Shown piece by piece: positions 60,254 through 64,000 of a DNA stretch of 64,000 bases. How positions within the stretch are numbered: the stretch's first letter is position 1; the number at the start of each line of letters is the position of its first letter. Origin of the DNA: a virus; IMG/VR virus record IMGVR_UViG_3300042924_003416, positions 21,774 to 85,773 of that record, one strand, 5' to 3'. Under the pieces are notes generated by a model. It had not been told where the DNA came from, did not search any database, and saw nothing but the letters and a program-made list of their open reading frames with translations. The translations under genes and the position numbers were made by a program.

Positions 60254-60952
60254 TTACCACGTTATTATATTATTACTAGTGTTATTTACTATTGAAGATA
60301 TTTTAACAAATATATCATTACTATCCCATTTAGAACCGTTATAAGCAGCAGAAGCAGGATGTTTAACAGTAAACTTATACTCAGTGTTAGTAGTAAGTTC
60401 AGACCATTCTTCAGCTTTTTTACCCATGTATACATAAATCAATCCCGGATTATAATTATTTAACCAATCTAACAAGTAGGCAGTAAAAGGTTTCCATATA
60501 TCATAATGACTACCAATCTTACCTACTTCAACTGTAAGAGCTGTATTAAGCATAAGTATACCTTGATTAGACCATCTGGTAAGATCTACATCTTCACTTA
60601 CTGGATGACCATTGTATACTGTCCTGTTTACTTCTCCTAAGATATACTTAAGACTTGGTTGTAATTTACCTGTGTTACCACAACTAAATGATATACCGTC
60701 TGCAACTCCTAACTGTGGATATGGATCCTGACCTACTATTACTACTTGTAGTTTATCATATGGACACTCCTCAAAGGCCCTAAAGACTTGTTTAAGTGGT
60801 GGAGTAAACCTTTTATCCTCTTGACTCAGTGTATACAACTTAGTAAGTATATCATCAAAGTCACTGCTAAATACAAAAGATTTAAATATCCTGTCCCAGC
60901 CGCTGGGTCCAAGTTTAGTAAACATTTTTTGTTTAATTTCTTCTAAATCCAT
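60254..60952 (-). CDS. ung: Family 1 uracil-DNA glycosylase
   Basis: GQDPYP, GISFS, PSL, LNTALTV, HPAS motifs; probable start MDLEE at 60952. Confidence 0.93.
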   Translation of the reverse strand: MDLEEIKQKMFTKLGPSGWDRIFKSFVFSSDFDDILTKLYTLSQEDKRFTPPLKQVFRAFEECPYDKLQVVIVGQDPYPQLGVADGISFSCGNTGKLQPSLKYILGEVNRTVYNGHPVSEDVDLTRWSNQGILMLNTALTVEVGKIGSHYDIWKPFTAYLLDWLNNYNPGLIYVYMGKKAEEWSELTTNTEYKFTVKHPASAAYNGSKWDSNDIFVKISSIVNNTSNNIITW

Positions 60953-60960
60953 TTTTTTTC

Positions 60961-60968
60961 TATTTTTG
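60961..60968 (+). promoter_or_regulatory. Bacteroidota -7 promoter element TAnnTTTG
   Basis: TATTTTTG, 15 nt upstream of the ATG at 60984. Confidence 0.45.
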
Positions 60969-60983
60969 TTTAAAATTAATACT

Positions 60984-61301
60984 ATGATAAAAGTTAAAGA
61001 ATTGAAAGATGATGTAATATTAGACATCAAGGTTAATAAAAGTTTTTATTTAATGGCTAAAGCTGCATCTTTTCATGTACTTCAATCAATGAATATTCCC
61101 GAAAAAGGTGATGACTATTTTAAAGACATCATGAATAAAAAATATGAAGATTTAGATTCTGCTCAAAGAACATTTTATACAATAGTTCTTCTTCTTGCTG
61201 AAATAGAAAGACAGGCAAGTGAACAAAAACTATATGATGAAAAAGAAGTCTTAGAACCAGGAGATGAAGGTTACGTAGCACCTACCCTAGAGAAAGATTA
61301 A
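60984..61301 (+). CDS. Hypothetical protein, the only + strand gene in the - strand module
   Basis: Fills the gap between ung and the 61282 gene; protein-like composition; preceded by a promoter-like element. Confidence 0.65.
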   Translation: MIKVKELKDDVILDIKVNKSFYLMAKAASFHVLQSMNIPEKGDDYFKDIMNKKYEDLDSAQRTFYTIVLLLAEIERQASEQKLYDEKEVLEPGDEGYVAPTLEKD

Positions 61302-61644
61302 ACTGTTCTCTTCCTATTTGTATACAAGCTTCTATAGCTAACATAAGTTCATCTTTACTACAATCTGCAAAGGATTTACCCCCTAGACCAGATGCATCTT
61401 TTACTACATCTTTCATTTCATCAAAAGTGTATCCAGACTCTTTTGCCATTTCTCTAATACAAGCATGTACTTTTGCAAGTTGTGCTTTACTATGATCTGT
61501 ATTTGCAAGATCAATATACATTTCTACTTTTTGACCTTCTGAAATCTTATCTACAAAAATCTCATAAGCTAATTTATCTTGTGGACTATTAAAGATAAGT
61601 TTTCCATTTTTCTTAATGAATTTACCACTAAACATATCTAACAA
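61282..61644 (-). CDS. NinB/YbcN-like recombination protein
   Basis: HSKAQLAKVHACIREMAKESG...SFADCSKDELMLAIE pattern. Confidence 0.5.
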   Translation of the reverse strand: MLDMFSGKFIKKNGKLIFNSPQDKLAYEIFVDKISEGQKVEMYIDLANTDHSKAQLAKVHACIREMAKESGYTFDEMKDVVKDASGLGGKSFADCSKDELMLAIEACIQIGREQFNLSLG

Positions 61645-61889
61645 GTTATATTATCCATAATTTCTAGAAACTGATCATAATGAGCTTTTTCTGTGATATT
61701 TAATGCAGGAATCTCAAATGATTTTAATACCCATTTGTCATCTTTAACATCAATATTATCTGTACTATGTAAAAGTACCCCAGAACATAGTTCTTTATGA
61801 TAGTAGTAGTAATCATATCCATTTTGGCTTTCATCATCAAGTATATCTACTCTTTCAAAGCCGAGATCTATTAATTCTTGTTCACTCAT
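61638..61889 (-). CDS. Hypothetical protein
   Basis: 83-aa ORF (EQELIDLGF). Confidence 0.6.
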   Translation of the reverse strand: MSEQELIDLGFERVDILDDESQNGYDYYYYHKELCSGVLLHSTDNIDVKDDKWVLKSFEIPALNITEKAHYDQFLEIMDNITC

Positions 61890-61939
61890 TTTATTCTAAA
61901 TTTCTATAAATAATACTGATGATCGCTGTAAACATACAG

Positions 61940-62035
61940 TCAATCATCCCAGTTATGATAGTTTTCATCTTTTAAGTTATAAATTATTAAACCTGCAACT
62001 GCAAATACTACTACTGTTATAATCACAAATTCCAT
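61940..62035 (-). CDS. 31-aa single-TM microprotein, not in the ORF track
   Basis: MEFVIITVVVFAVAGLIIYNLKDENYHNWDD; TGATG overlap with the upstream gene. Confidence 0.55.
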   Translation of the reverse strand: MEFVIITVVVFAVAGLIIYNLKDENYHNWDD

Positions 62036-62217
62036 CACTTATCTTTTTTAGGTAAATACTTTTTCTCAAATTTCTCCCAGCCTTTCTTGTCAAACTGAGC
62101 AACCATAAGATCCATCATAATTTCATCAGTATGCTCAGCACACATTCCTATACCCTTGATATCAAGATCAGGACTATATCTCTTGGTTGCCGGAGCTCCA
62201 CATTTAACACATTCCAT
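62035..62217 (-). CDS. Small Zn-binding protein
   Basis: CVKC...CAEH. Confidence 0.6.
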   Translation of the reverse strand: MECVKCGAPATKRYSPDLDIKGIGMCAEHTDEIMMDLMVAQFDKKGWEKFEKKYLPKKDK

Positions 62218-62218
62218 A

Positions 62219-62311
62219 TTAATCCATTAACAGTTTATAAACTCCATACATAAATACCAGTGTTACTAGTGTTACACAAAGTGTATCAATAATTTGAACT
62301 AATTCTTTCAT
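62219..62311 (-). CDS. 30-aa hydrophobic microprotein, not in the ORF track
   Basis: MKELVQIIDTLCVTLVTLVFMYGVYKLLMD; ATGA overlap upstream and 1-nt gap to the next ATG. Confidence 0.55.
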   Translation of the reverse strand: MKELVQIIDTLCVTLVTLVFMYGVYKLLMD

Positions 62312-62532
62312 GATTCTATATTTAAGTTATCATCATTTAAAATCTCCCGGATCTTATCTCTAACAGCTTGATAAGCAGCATCTATTTCTCCAGATATCTT
62401 TTCATTATACTTTATCTCACCTCTAAGCCATTGATCAAGTTCCCACATAGCACCTTTCCATTTCCAACCATCTATTGCAGTTCTTGCATCTTCAAGTTCA
62501 TCTTCTTTGAATTTTAAAATTATTTCTGCCAT
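62308..62532 (-). CDS. Hypothetical protein
   Basis: 74-aa ORF (WELDQWLR...IKY). Confidence 0.65.
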   Translation of the reverse strand: MAEIILKFKEDELEDARTAIDGWKWKGAMWELDQWLRGEIKYNEKISGEIDAAYQAVRDKIREILNDDNLNIES

Positions 62533-62927
62533 TGTCCTATAAATATTTCAGTGTTAATAATATCTCTAATATAGTCAATTTCCTTGTATTTATCATTATC
62601 CAAAGTATAAACACCAAGGTCTTTTAGCCTATTATTTCTCAAAGTTAATAAAGAAAAAGCCATAATATTTGCATTGTCTTCATCTGAACTATCCAACATT
62701 CCAAGCAAATTAAGTTTCTCTTCTTCAGTAATATAACCTGTCTTAACAAGTAAATTTAATTCTGCAAAGAAAATAAATGGTCTGAATGTTCCAACTTTGG
62801 TACCTGCTGCATACATATACCATAAATATCCAATATTACTGTCACTTGGTTTTGCAACATGCCAATGTTCATGGCAAATACCCACGATTAATCCCTTAAT
62901 CTTTGGATCACTAAAATTCTTTATCAT
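62520..62927 (-). CDS. Hypothetical protein
   Basis: 135-aa ORF overlapping its neighbours. Confidence 0.6.
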   Translation of the reverse strand: MIKNFSDPKIKGLIVGICHEHWHVAKPSDSNIGYLWYMYAAGTKVGTFRPFIFFAELNLLVKTGYITEEEKLNLLGMLDSSDEDNANIMAFSLLTLRNNRLKDLGVYTLDNDKYKEIDYIRDIINTEIFIGQWQK

Positions 62928-63205
62928 CCTCTTAAAAATTTAAACATTGCTTGTAATTTCTTATGTTCTTCTACTAACCACTCTGGAGTAAATAAAGCTT
63001 CATATTCATCAAACTTAATTGTAGTATGTGCATCTATCTCATGAACTATTAAAGCTGACCACCCTACAACTCCATATCTTTGAAACTGAATAGTTATTGC
63101 TCCTTGAAGATTATGATATCTATAGTTTTGATGATCTGTTTTAGATCTGTAGAACCCATACTTTACAAGTCTCCTACCTATAAGTTCTGTATCTCTAAGT
63201 CTCAT
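62924..63205 (-). CDS. Hypothetical protein
   Basis: 93-aa ORF. Confidence 0.55.
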   Translation of the reverse strand: MRLRDTELIGRRLVKYGFYRSKTDHQNYRYHNLQGAITIQFQRYGVVGWSALIVHEIDAHTTIKFDEYEALFTPEWLVEEHKKLQAMFKFLRG

Positions 63206-63207
63206 AA

Positions 63208-63999
63208 CTAAAATATATATCTAATTGTATTCCAAGGTATTATCTTATCATGTAACTCAACAAACTGTTTGATGTAATCTGCTTTTCTGTTGTGTTCATA
63301 TCTAAGATTCTTTCCACCATACTGAGATACTTTACTTTCTTGTATTTTAGGTACCCAAAGTAAATCTTCACCTGGAAGTTTATGCTGTAGATTATACTGA
63401 TGCTTATCTTCATTATGAGTAAGAAATATTACTTCAGCTTTGATAGAGTTTTGTGGCCAATGATACATATAACAATGTTTGTCAATTATATCAAATAAGA
63501 ACTCATACTCTGTTAACCAATCATCATGTACTATTACAGGACTAAAGTTTAAGTGTACTTCATAGCCAGCATCAATAAACCATTTTACAGCTCTAAGTCT
63601 TTCATCAAGAGAATTTGTATTAGGTTCAAGAATCTTTCTCCATTTCTCAGGCATCAAACTAAATCTTATTCTAATTTTACCTTCTGGATTAAATAATAAT
63701 AATTCTCCATTTACATATTTAGTGGCAAATGAACCCATAGCAAGTGGATGATCTCTAAAGAATCCAAAGATTGTCTTCCATTCATGATATTTAGCATGCA
63801 GAGCAAAGTCTTCATTACAAGAGATATCATAGGTTACATACTCTCCTGTTTGATTTGGTTTCTCTACTGTAGAAAAATAAGCATGTGAATTAATTTCTGT
63901 CAGGATATCCATAGTATTTGTAGCTACAGATAATCCTTCCGGCTTATGTCTTTTCATATAACAGTAAGTACAGTTATACAAACAGCCATGACCAAAGGA
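63208..63999 (-). CDS. Spore photoproduct lyase-family radical SAM enzyme (5'-truncated by the window)
   Basis: The frame is open to the window end and reads SFGHGCLYNCTYCY (CxxxCxxC); DISCNED, FATK, RIRFSL, NFSPVI and KxxYGGxxLRY motifs typical of SplB-like proteins. Confidence 0.85.
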   Translation of the reverse strand, partial: SFGHGCLYNCTYCYMKRHKPEGLSVATNTMDILTEINSHAYFSTVEKPNQTGEYVTYDISCNEDFALHAKYHEWKTIFGFFRDHPLAMGSFATKYVNGELLLFNPEGKIRIRFSLMPEKWRKILEPNTNSLDERLRAVKWFIDAGYEVHLNFSPVIVHDDWLTEYEFLFDIIDKHCYMYHWPQNSIKAEVIFLTHNEDKHQYNLQHKLPGEDLLWVPKIQESKVSQYGGKNLRYEHNRKADYIKQFVELHDKIIPWNTIRYIF

Positions 64000-64000
64000 G

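Noticed and set aside
60953-61030. N-terminal hydrophobic extension of UNG in the ORF track
   Set aside because: It overlaps the divergent + strand gene; the true start is more likely MDLEE at 60952.
1-64000. Stop-codon reassignment, known in some crAss-like phages
   Set aside because: Genes up to 10 kb are intact under code 11, and TAG and TGA both end genes at tight junctions.

Overview
AT-rich 64-kb segment of a large lytic Bacteroidota phage of the crAss-like/phi14:2-like type, read in standard code 11, with two convergent modules. The + strand (1-43973) carries eight very large virion/ejection proteins and a 46-aa basic peptide. One of the large proteins is a 3384-aa virion RNA polymerase (DFDID motif). 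The - strand (43993-64000) is a replication, recombination and repair module: PolB, primase, DnaB-like helicase, Sak4-like ATPase, exonuclease, UNG, MazG-like enzyme, a MoxR/vWA cluster and an SPL-type radical SAM enzyme. Two patterns stand out. (1) The three giant ejection proteins (8318 aa in total) contain only 4 cysteines by my manual scan, all at the termini that face each other in gene order, which suggests a head-to-tail disulfide-linked ejection chain. (2) The four upstream proteins look like polyproteins. They are punctuated by many [FYMA]xxGG and LPxAQxG motifs, have matching acidic C-terminal and basic N-terminal modules, and carry cargo such as a SET domain and a beta-barrel-like segment. 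All calls come from motif reading; no database searches were run.
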